Of a DNA stretch of 64,000 nt, positions 52,063 to 60,860 are shown piece by piece (position 1 is the stretch's first letter; each line of letters opens with the position of its first letter). The stretch covers positions 1,376,001 through 1,440,000 of the forward strand of contig CAXXJJ010000001.1 of NCBI GenBank assembly GCA_963667015.2. The letters run 5' to 3'. This stretch comes from Desulfatiglandales bacterium (GTDB taxonomy: Bacteria; Desulfobacterota; DSM-4660; Desulfatiglandales; HGW-15). The position numbers were made by a program, and so were the translations under genes. The notes under the pieces are model-generated. The model ran no database searches. It was not told the origin of the DNA and was given only the letters and a program-made list of their open reading frames with translations.

Positions 52063-52126
52063 TATATAACCCTCTCTGTCATCCGGTTAAAACGAAAATA
52101 TTTTATATTTTACTAAAAAGTTTAGA

Positions 52127-52155
52127 TACTGTGCATGGGTAAAGTAAAAAAGTCA
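52127..52155 (-). promoter_or_regulatory. Degenerate operator/promoter (copy 3)
   Basis: TACTGTGCATGGGTAAAGTA...AGTCAA, homologous to 44112-44140. Confidence 0.6.
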
Positions 52156-52280
52156 ATTAAAAATTAAATTGATTGATATTTGTCTCTAATAGGCTTATTA
52201 ATGCGTTGATATAAAAAGAATAAAAGCATAGTCTTTGGGTCTTATTAGACAATTCAGATATTGCAGAGGAAATATGTATC

Positions 52281-52913
52281 ATGCATCAGCAGAAAAAAAG
52301 AAAACTGGGAAAACAATCCAGAGAGGTAAGTGAAAAAACAAAAGAAACCATACTTAAGGCCGCACTTAAAGTCTTCGCCAGAGAAGGTTTTTATAATACC
52401 AAATTAAGAGAGATAGCCGACCTTACCGACACTACTCATAGTCTTATCAGACATCATTTCGGAACAAAATTTGATTTATATAAAGCGGCGGCAGATTACG
52501 GTTTAAATATTCATGAAGAAAGATTGCGAAGAGTTACTAAATTAAATAAATCGTCCAATCCTGTAGAGCTTTTCAAGGATTTTATAGCTTCTTATGTCTC
52601 TACTGTAGCTAAAAATCCTGAAGTTTCTAAAATAATAATGCACAATAACAACACTACCAGCCCTCTTTTTGACTATCTTATGGAAAGAAAGAAACAATTA
52701 AATGTAATAGTTGAACCGGTTTTCAGGGAAGTACAGAAGTGCGGATATTTTGAAGATTTTGATCATGACAGTTTTTTCGTATATTTACATGCACTGGTGG
52801 AAACCCCTATTGCCATGATGGATATGGCAAATGAACTGCTGGGGCAAAACTTACTCTCCAGAAAGGGTATTGCCATGCATACGGAACATGTATTGAGTTT
52901 CCTTTTTCCATGA
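52281..52913 (+). CDS. TetR-family regulator (copy 2)
   Basis: About 83% aa identical to copy 1 (36/210 differences, counted by eye). Confidence 0.93.
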   Translation: MHQQKKRKLGKQSREVSEKTKETILKAALKVFAREGFYNTKLREIADLTDTTHSLIRHHFGTKFDLYKAAADYGLNIHEERLRRVTKLNKSSNPVELFKDFIASYVSTVAKNPEVSKIIMHNNNTTSPLFDYLMERKKQLNVIVEPVFREVQKCGYFEDFDHDSFFVYLHALVETPIAMMDMANELLGQNLLSRKGIAMHTEHVLSFLFP

Positions 52914-53185
52914 TATTGTGTATCTCCGATTGTCATATTCCATATTTTAGAAAGGGAGGATTATTTCATGCACCGAAGCCAATCTTTTATCTCTTTCTTT
53001 TTTCTTATAGTTGTTATCAAACTTAGTTATTACCCTCACGGCGATATGAAGGCCGAGAATGAAACGATAGCTTTTTTCGTGCGGTTTCACAATGGAAGCC
53101 CTGACAGGTTTTTGAATAATACATTTAATCTTTAATATATTTTTATTTAAGGAACATAAACCCAATTTAAGACAGGAGGATTTAC

Positions 53186-53815
53186 ATGGCTACACTGGAA
53201 GAACTGGAAGCAAGGCTTCAAAGGCTGCAGGACATCAAGGAGATTGAATATCTGCAAAATATTTTTGGCTACTACTGTGATTATTTTGAGTTTGATAAGG
53301 TAGTGGACCTGTTTTCGGATAATGCCGAGTCAGTTGAAGTTGCCGACCATGGTGTGTACAGGGGCAAGGAAGGTGTGCGGAAATTTTATATCGATCTTAT
53401 TCAGGGGGGAAAGGATAAAAAACCCAGGTTCGGCCTTCTATCAATTAATATGCAGATACAGGGTGTGGTAACTGTTAATCCTGATGGAAAAACAGCCAAA
53501 GGAAGATTTTATGGATTTATGGTAGAGGCAAAACCTACACTTTCCCTTCATGAGGGAGATCTTCGCGCCCTTTGGGGAAATGGTATCTACGAAAACGAAT
53601 ATGTAAAGGAAAATGGCAAATGGAAGTTCAGCAAACTCCACTTTTTCCTGAACTTCAGGACTCCATATGAAGACGGCTGGTTAAAAACTCCTGTGGTTGG
53701 GCATACCGGCCCTGATCCGGTTATAAAACCTGATGCCCCTCCGACAATATGGTCACCCTACCCATCCCTTTATAAGTTTCAGCCTCACTTTAAACACCCG
53801 ATAACAGGTGAGTGA
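53186..53815 (+). CDS. NTF2/SnoaL-like protein
   Basis: LQDIKEIEYLQ...GYYCD, GIYENEYVKENGKWKF, HPITGE. Confidence 0.88.
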   Translation: MATLEELEARLQRLQDIKEIEYLQNIFGYYCDYFEFDKVVDLFSDNAESVEVADHGVYRGKEGVRKFYIDLIQGGKDKKPRFGLLSINMQIQGVVTVNPDGKTAKGRFYGFMVEAKPTLSLHEGDLRALWGNGIYENEYVKENGKWKFSKLHFFLNFRTPYEDGWLKTPVVGHTGPDPVIKPDAPPTIWSPYPSLYKFQPHFKHPITGE

Positions 53816-53863
53816 CAGGGAATTTATTAAACGCAGGCTATTAAAAAGAAAGGATGGCGTATT

Positions 53864-54472
53864 ATGAATCTTGAAGAACTTGAAAAGCAGGTAATCCTCC
53901 TTGAGGATATTCAGGAGATAGAACATTTACAGAAGATCTACGGCTACTATTTTGATACCCATAACTGGGCAAAGATTATAGACCTTTTTTCCGAAAATAC
54001 TGAGTCGGTTGAAGTTGCGGACCATGGCATCATGTATGGTAAAAAGGGCGTAAAAAAGCTCTACTGGGATGTTATTGCAGGTGGCGGCAGCAATAAATTC
54101 CCGCCCTGGGTTGAATTTATTATTACACAAATAGGCGGGGTAGTAACCGTGAATCCGGACGGTAAAACCGCACAGGCAAGGTTCCAGACTATGCTTTGTG
54201 AATCCAAGCAATATGGAGCCTATCCAAGGCAGGAATGGCTCCACGGATACTATGAAAATAAATATGTGAAGGAGAACGGAAAATGGCTGTTTTCCAAACT
54301 TCACTGGAATAATACTTTCTGCTCCCCCTTTGATTCCGGCTGGATTAATACACCACTCATGGGTTGGATGCCTGTTCCGGACGTGGACGGTCCACCAACG
54401 GCATTTCACCCGTATCCTTCCGGTTACAAGGTTCCATATACTTTTCCACACCCGATAACAGGGGAAAAGTAA
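53864..54472 (+). CDS. NTF2/SnoaL-like protein
   Basis: LEDIQEIEHLQ..YGYYFD, YENKYVKENGKW, HPITGE. Confidence 0.88.
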   Translation: MNLEELEKQVILLEDIQEIEHLQKIYGYYFDTHNWAKIIDLFSENTESVEVADHGIMYGKKGVKKLYWDVIAGGGSNKFPPWVEFIITQIGGVVTVNPDGKTAQARFQTMLCESKQYGAYPRQEWLHGYYENKYVKENGKWLFSKLHWNNTFCSPFDSGWINTPLMGWMPVPDVDGPPTAFHPYPSGYKVPYTFPHPITGEK

Positions 54473-54485
54473 AAATATCGATTGA

Positions 54486-54523
54486 CTGAAGGGGACATTT
54501 GCATGCAAAGGGGTCCCCTTCAG
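54486..54523 (+). terminator. Hairpin after SnoaL pair
   Basis: CTGAAGGGGAC...GTCCCCTTCAG. Confidence 0.6.
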
Positions 54524-54925
54524 ATATAACGGCGTTTAATACTCAATCTCAAAAAGCTCCTGAATCGTAAAGTCAGACATCATTCACAACATGGCCTGTA
54601 CAATATTATCTTGACACACAACCTCGACTACCCTTATAGTTCCCCTAAGAAAACCCCAATCAAATAAAGAAACTTAAATCCTCATGCGGTATATAATTTA
54701 AACGAATCAACCGGCTGCCTGATAAAGGTTGCCGGGTTAATATGTGACAGTTATATTGTTGCCATAATCATTAAAAAATTCCGGTTTCTTAAGCTATTCC
54801 TGTAATCTCTATACACGCGCATTGATACCCCTCTTATTCATCCGGCCGGATTTAAAATATCCCAGAATATAATAACCCCTTAGCCAATATTTATTAGAAA
54901 CCAAACAAGGAAGGAGGATAAACAA

Positions 54926-56017
54926 ATGAAAGCTGCAGTCATGCGGGAATACGGAAAGCCTTTAACGATTGAGGATATAGAAATTGGGAAGCCTCAAGTC
55001 GGTGAAGTCAAGGTGAAAATCTCGGCTGTGGGACTGTGTCACACGGATATCTCTGTTTTTCACGGTGGATTTCCCCCACCCCTGCCGGTTGTTCTGGGAC
55101 ATGAGGGAGTTGGTGTGGTTGAAGAGGTCGGTGTCGGAGTGACTCGCTTACACCCGGGAGACAATGTATTATTTAACTCTTTAGTCTATTGCGGAGAGTG
55201 TTCCAATTGCGCGAAAGGATATTATGGTGCCTGTTTTATGAACGGTTTTTTTATGTTCGGGGGAACCATGCGGGATAACACCACAAGATTGAAAAAAGGT
55301 GATGAAGTTATCCACAGCTACTTTTGCCAGTCTTCCTTTGCAGAATACTCCATTACACACCAGGACTTTTTGATAAAAGTTCCCGGGGATTTAGATTTAA
55401 ACAAATTAACCCCCTTAACCTGCGGCGCTGCTTCGGGAATTGGTGCGGTTTTTAACAGGGCAAAGGTATGGCCGTCAGCCGAAGTAGCTGTACTGGGTTG
55501 CGGTGTTGTAGGTATGGGCGCTATCATGGCTGCCAGATTATCAGGAGCCGCAAAAATAATCGCAGTAGATGTTCTTGAACATAAGCTGAGTTTTGCCAGA
55601 GAATTCGGTGCTACTCACACTGTCAACGCGTCCAGAGACAATGTTGTCGATAGTATACGGCAAATTTCCGATGGCGGTGTGGATTTTGCCATCGAAGCAA
55701 TAGGTAAGGGTGAGACAATATCACAGAGTCTGGATGCAATTAAACCGGGCGGAACAGCGGTGGTAGTTGGTGCAGTGCCTTTCGGAGAAAAGGCGACAAT
55801 AGATCCAGTGCAGCTGGTTGGAGAAAAAACACTCATGGGTTCGATAATAGGCACATTAAAACCTCAATACGACATACCTAAATACATTGAACTATACAGG
55901 GCCGGACTGTTACCCGTAGATAAGTTAATACAGGCAGAATACCCGCTTGACAAGATAAACGAAGCTATTACAGCAGCCGAAAAAGGAGAATTTCTCAAGG
56001 CAATTATTAAGGTGTAG
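54926..56017 (+). CDS. Zn-dependent (aryl-)alcohol dehydrogenase, MDR family
   Basis: CHTD, GHEG, CGECSNC...C, GCGVVG. Confidence 0.92.
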   Translation: MKAAVMREYGKPLTIEDIEIGKPQVGEVKVKISAVGLCHTDISVFHGGFPPPLPVVLGHEGVGVVEEVGVGVTRLHPGDNVLFNSLVYCGECSNCAKGYYGACFMNGFFMFGGTMRDNTTRLKKGDEVIHSYFCQSSFAEYSITHQDFLIKVPGDLDLNKLTPLTCGAASGIGAVFNRAKVWPSAEVAVLGCGVVGMGAIMAARLSGAAKIIAVDVLEHKLSFAREFGATHTVNASRDNVVDSIRQISDGGVDFAIEAIGKGETISQSLDAIKPGGTAVVVGAVPFGEKATIDPVQLVGEKTLMGSIIGTLKPQYDIPKYIELYRAGLLPVDKLIQAEYPLDKINEAITAAEKGEFLKAIIKV

Positions 56018-56089
56018 GTTGAGCAGTAAACAGGTTTAATATTATTCATTTCTTTCCGGCGCTGGAAGAGCCAATATGGGGACAAGACA

Positions 56090-57379
56090 ATGAAATATTA
56101 TCAGAGACTGACACTTCTGTTTTGCTTGATGTTTGGCTTTATCGGAATTCAACGTGTTGTTATCAACGTTATCATACCGGTAATCAAAGAAGATTTAGGT
56201 TTTACTTTTACTCAACAGGGTATGATTGTTGCCATCAATGGATTAACCTGGGCCTTTGGCACATTTATCTTCGCAACAGTCGGGGACCGCTATGGTCGCC
56301 GTCCGGTAATCGTTATTTGTACCATCCTGTCGGGAATATTTTCGTGGGTAACCGGATTTGTACATACTGTAGGTCAACTTCTGGCGATCCGGGGATTTCT
56401 CGGGTTCTTTGAAGGAGGCCCATATCCATTGTCTATGGGAACAATATCAGAGGAAGCGCCGCCGGAGCGAAGAGCCATGCATGCCGGATTAATAACCGGA
56501 TGCTTCATGCTGATCGGTCTTGGCCTCGGTTCGCAGGCCGCAGGCTGGCTAATGGAAGGGTTCGGGTCCTGGCGCCCAGTATTTTATGTTGTATCGGCTC
56601 CTGCCCTCCTGGTCGGCATCCTTTTAATATTCATGATGCGGGAAGCTCCTTCGGTCGCAAAAGCTATTCAGATGCGGAAGGAAGGGCAAAAGATTCAGGA
56701 AACAGAGAAAGATGACCGGGTAAAAGTCTGGGACGCTCTCAGATACAGAAATGTAATGATTTCTTCAATCAACAGCATCCCTGTCATGGGATGGCTCTTT
56801 GTATTCACCGCGTTTGCATCTTCTTTTCTTGTCGATGTTCATAAATTTGACATAAAAAATATTGGCTTTATTATATCGGCTTCAGGTATAGGCGGATTTT
56901 TAGGGCAATTTATCCTGGGGGCTGTATCCGACACCATAGGGCGTAAAAAGGCACTTATTCTTACTGCCCTGTTATGTTCGGCGTTTGGTATTGCGGTTAC
57001 CGTGGTTCCGGTCGGGACTTCGGCCCTTGTTTTTGGGACACTTTTCTTTTTTTATGGATTATTCGGGGGAGGCATGTACCCCATGTACCTGTCAACACTG
57101 CCGGCAGAATCCGTTCCTCCAAGTATCGCCGCAACGGCCGTCGCCGTACCTACTGCAGTAGGTGAGATTCTGGGCTCTGCACTTATGCCGACAGTTGCAG
57201 GTAAACTGGCTGATATATTTAATCTGTTCGCTCCAATGTGGATGGCTGCTCTTGCCGGTATTTTTATTGCTTTCATCTCTCTATTTTATATTGAGACGGC
57301 ACCAAGGCAAGTGGCTAAGATGAAGAACAAACCCACCCGGGAAGATCACTTATTTAAAGTTTTCAGGTCAAACAATTAA
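56090..57379 (+). CDS. MFS transporter
   Basis: GDRYGRRPV, RGFLGFFEG, SDTIGRK. Confidence 0.9.
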   Translation: MKYYQRLTLLFCLMFGFIGIQRVVINVIIPVIKEDLGFTFTQQGMIVAINGLTWAFGTFIFATVGDRYGRRPVIVICTILSGIFSWVTGFVHTVGQLLAIRGFLGFFEGGPYPLSMGTISEEAPPERRAMHAGLITGCFMLIGLGLGSQAAGWLMEGFGSWRPVFYVVSAPALLVGILLIFMMREAPSVAKAIQMRKEGQKIQETEKDDRVKVWDALRYRNVMISSINSIPVMGWLFVFTAFASSFLVDVHKFDIKNIGFIISASGIGGFLGQFILGAVSDTIGRKKALILTALLCSAFGIAVTVVPVGTSALVFGTLFFFYGLFGGGMYPMYLSTLPAESVPPSIAATAVAVPTAVGEILGSALMPTVAGKLADIFNLFAPMWMAALAGIFIAFISLFYIETAPRQVAKMKNKPTREDHLFKVFRSNN

Positions 57380-57450
57380 ATGTTAATTTTCCATATTTAT
57401 CAGGCACTGAAGCTTTGCAATAATACATATTAATATAAAGGAGGAGAATC

Positions 57451-58239
57451 ATGTCTCAAAGAGAAGGTGAAACAGATTATAAGTATGAGGACTATGCTTC
57501 CGAAATGGCCACATACCGCAACCCTCAAACCGATGCGCTTGTAAAAAAGCAGATAAAGATTACACTGGATTCAGGTACAGTGTTTGACCTGAATTTTATC
57601 GAGAAAAATAAAGTTGAGTGGAAAAGCGGTGATGGAAGCGGGACGGACTGGTGTGAGGTCGTAGAAGTGGAGACGAATACATACTTCATTGATATGACTT
57701 TTGCCGATACTCCACGCCGGTCTCAGACATTCATCGTAAATACTGAATCCAGGCATGCGGTGGGAGTCCAGACCATCATACGCGAAGGTGATGTGGGGCG
57801 TGAACCCAGAGCAGTCCACAATTACGAGGCAGGCGTTCTCGGAAATCCATCCGATCCTCCATTTGGAAAGAAACCTGCGCCGACACGTGATCTTCACGGC
57901 CTGCGTGCCATCTATAAGTATAATACCAACCAGTGTTTCGAACATGTTTACATGACCCATGAACGTTATGCCTGGCATTGCGTGGTAGGACCGTTAAAGG
58001 GTCAGGCAGACGTGGAGATGTGCACAATATATAAATTTGATGACAACCAGTATATATTCAGCTGGCGTGAGTTCGGCCTGCCGGTTTCAACAGTTTTCTT
58101 TTATAACTGGAATCAGATGAAAACGACCGGAAAATTCTTCGCAATCGGGGATGACGGCAATGTAGCCAATACACCGGCTGCAGCACTTATCACCAAGCTG
58201 TCAATGGCTTTCTATCCGCTGGATGCTCAACCGCTCTAG
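57451..58239 (+). CDS. MoaF-like two-domain beta-barrel protein
   Basis: YFIDM N-terminal domain; IYKY...FEHVY...WHCVVGP...YIFSWRE C-terminal domain. Confidence 0.75.
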   Translation: MSQREGETDYKYEDYASEMATYRNPQTDALVKKQIKITLDSGTVFDLNFIEKNKVEWKSGDGSGTDWCEVVEVETNTYFIDMTFADTPRRSQTFIVNTESRHAVGVQTIIREGDVGREPRAVHNYEAGVLGNPSDPPFGKKPAPTRDLHGLRAIYKYNTNQCFEHVYMTHERYAWHCVVGPLKGQADVEMCTIYKFDDNQYIFSWREFGLPVSTVFFYNWNQMKTTGKFFAIGDDGNVANTPAAALITKLSMAFYPLDAQPL

Positions 58240-58338
58240 CAGGAAGCAGGGGATGGGACGTTGTAGATAACCAGTGTTTGAGCAGGATAATCAGCAACGT
58301 CCCAATCTGCCAAAAATAAATTAGGGTAATTAATTATT

Positions 58339-58923
58339 TTACCAGCACGGATTTTTATCAGATCCGATCCATTCGGCCATCTGTTCATTGTAAATGCGGC
58401 GTTTGCTGAAGAGCCATTGCCCGTTCACTTTAACCATTTCATCCTCATAGTACCCGTAGGAGTCAAGCCCTGCCTTTCTCTCGGGGTTATTATTTCCCAT
58501 GTGAAACCAGTAGGCTCTTCCCACTGCTTTATCTCCATCTATTTTTATAACTATATTTGAGATGTTGTGGCGACCTGTAGCACGGTAAAGCGGTTTTTTG
58601 TCTTTTGACTCGGATGCATTCTTTGCTTCAGGGGTGTCTCCGCCTGCAGGAGGCATCATACTTCCAAGACCTTCTTTGATATTTTTCCGTCCCTGCCATT
58701 TCATACCTATGATATCCAGTATACCGTCCTCAGCGAATGTTGTTACAAAGGTGTCGAGGTCACCAAAATCCAGTGCAAACATATAACGTGCCTGGAGATT
58801 TTCGATCTGTGCACGGTCTTCTCCATAGCTGCCGGAACTGGTGCCTGCGGATGCATAGGATAAAATACCTACGAGCGATAAGGTTATAAGAGTGTAAAAT
58901 ACTTTTGTCGTCCATTTACTCAT
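58339..58923 (-). CDS. Secreted NTF2/SnoaL-like protein
   Basis: Signal peptide; DRAQIENLQARYMFALD, RHNISN, YEDEMVKVNGQW. Confidence 0.85.
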   Translation of the reverse strand: MSKWTTKVFYTLITLSLVGILSYASAGTSSGSYGEDRAQIENLQARYMFALDFGDLDTFVTTFAEDGILDIIGMKWQGRKNIKEGLGSMMPPAGGDTPEAKNASESKDKKPLYRATGRHNISNIVIKIDGDKAVGRAYWFHMGNNNPERKAGLDSYGYYEDEMVKVNGQWLFSKRRIYNEQMAEWIGSDKNPCW

Positions 58924-59072
58924 TTTAATTTTCTCCTGTCTGGTGAAGTTTACGATAAAATCTTTTATTATTAAAAGAGTCTGCCTCCTGGATCCTTTTA
59001 TTCGACACACAGGAATATCCTGTCGATTAATTCATCATTCGATGTTTGATTCCAGCCTTTTTAAACGTTTCA

Positions 59073-59786
59073 TTAAGGTCTTAAACCGGGTTCAGGAGTT
59101 ATTATGGGTTTTCCGGTTACAGGATGTTCACAATGAAATGGCAATACCTCATGCTCGGGCCACAGCAAAGGCTTAATTTCTGTCAATTCATCAGGACCAT
59201 ATGGATCATCCGGGTATGTTGTTGTCTTATTAGGAACAAAATGCGGAGGAGTATAGGCCCACCCGTTTTCATGTGTAGCGTGCCATACCGGGCGGTAATT
59301 GAGTACTTTAATTTTCCAGATTCCGTCAATCTTAACATAGGAGTTTTCATAGAGCGCACCTTCCCACCACTGGCTTGATGTTCCGGCTAAAGCCGGCCGT
59401 GGATCCTTTTCATAATGTGTTCCGGCCATCATCATGCAGCGGAATCTTGCATTCGCGGTTTTCCTGTCAGGTGCAACATCCACAACATCCTGCATCATGG
59501 GATGGTCAAGAAGAAAACCGAAGACAGGCCCGTTTTTACCACCTGTAAAACGCTGCCTGAAACCGTCACAGTAGGCACGACGTATCCCGGTTTTACCTTT
59601 GAACACTCCGCCGAAAAAATAAAACTCGCAATCATCAGCATAGCAATCCACTACTTCATCATACATACATTTATCAAGAAAGTAGCCATACAGATGATGC
59701 AGCCTTCTGACAGCATGCACATCCTCAAGTATCCCGAGTCTGGTTTCCAGTTCCTCAACCCGTTTTGCCAGATTTTCATCACTCAT
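59073..59786 (-). CDS. NTF2/SnoaL-like lyase, LdpA-like candidate
   Basis: YGYFLDKC, LLDHP, QWWEG..YEN.YVK.DGIWKI..LNYR, HPVTG. Confidence 0.8.
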   Translation of the reverse strand: MSDENLAKRVEELETRLGILEDVHAVRRLHHLYGYFLDKCMYDEVVDCYADDCEFYFFGGVFKGKTGIRRAYCDGFRQRFTGGKNGPVFGFLLDHPMMQDVVDVAPDRKTANARFRCMMMAGTHYEKDPRPALAGTSSQWWEGALYENSYVKIDGIWKIKVLNYRPVWHATHENGWAYTPPHFVPNKTTTYPDDPYGPDELTEIKPLLWPEHEVLPFHCEHPVTGKPIITPEPGLRP

Positions 59787-59975
59787 TATAAAGCCCCTCC
59801 TTTCCCGCAATGAATAGTTTATTGTATGAAAGCAGTATAATTATTTAAGAAATCCGTATCAAGGTTTTTTATAGCAAACTAAAATTATTGACCTGCATCA
59901 GGAAAATCAATATAATTCAATCCCCATAAAAAATTATTTCTTATCAATTTTGAACCTTTATTCAGGAGATGCACC

Positions 59976-60623
59976 ATGGCAGCAACCCTGGAGCAACTGG
60001 CAGCGGAAGTCGAGGCACTGAAACAACAGGTCGAACCCGGCCGGCGCGCCATGGACGAACTCGAAATCCAAAAGGTGCAGTCCCTGTATTCCCACTACTA
60101 CCAGGTAGGCATGCGGTCGGAAGTAGCCTCCCTCTTCGCTCAGCACACGCCGGGTGTGACCATGGAGATAGAGGACAGCGGTGTCTACGAGGGTATTGAG
60201 AGCATCACCCGCTTCTGGAACACCGTCTTCGCCCGTGATACCCATTTTACGCCGGGATTCATGGCCGTTCACATGACCTGCAACCCGGTCATTGAGATAG
60301 ATAAAAACGGCACCACAGCCAGGGGTGTCTGGCACTCCCACGGTTTCTGCACGCTTCCCATGGGAGGCCCCATTCCATTCATCTGCGCAGGCAAGTACGA
60401 TATGGCCTACGTCAAAGAGGACGGGCAATGGAAGATTTTTACATTTTTGTACCGCCAGATTTTCATGTCCCCCTATCACCAGGGCTGGGTGGAAGCGCCG
60501 TCCGTGGGCAGCATCGCCGCCCACCCGGCCAACAGGCCGGATAAGCCCACGACATTCCATAAACCCTACACCCCGGACGCGGCCTATTTCCCGGTGCCTC
60601 CCCCTCCACAGCCGTTTGATTAA
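59976..60623 (+). CDS. NTF2/SnoaL-like protein (GC-rich)
   Basis: DELEIQKVQSLYSHY, HMTCNPVIE, GKYDMAYVKEDGQWKI. Confidence 0.88.
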   Translation: MAATLEQLAAEVEALKQQVEPGRRAMDELEIQKVQSLYSHYYQVGMRSEVASLFAQHTPGVTMEIEDSGVYEGIESITRFWNTVFARDTHFTPGFMAVHMTCNPVIEIDKNGTTARGVWHSHGFCTLPMGGPIPFICAGKYDMAYVKEDGQWKIFTFLYRQIFMSPYHQGWVEAPSVGSIAAHPANRPDKPTTFHKPYTPDAAYFPVPPPPQPFD

Positions 60624-60860
60624 AAAAAGTACGTTAATCAATTAATTAAGACACAATATTAAGCGTCTATAAATGTGTTGATGCACAAGTTTTATGTACC
60701 TATTCTCTCACAATTAAAGGAACCTAATGAAGGATTTACCGATATACAGCCTGTTACAGGATACTGCATTTTTAAATTATACCCTTGAGAAAAGTATTAT
60801 GATTGGACTATATTTATCTCTCAATTGCTTTAAATTCCAGAAAGGGGTTTATTAATAAAA

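Noticed and set aside
54525..54580. Possible relic of a sixth SnoaL gene start (MSDFTIQELFEIE.., minus strand)
   Set aside because: Too short to distinguish from chance.
59958..60641. 227-aa antisense ORF
   Set aside because: Shadow of the GC-rich SnoaL gene; no recognisable motifs.
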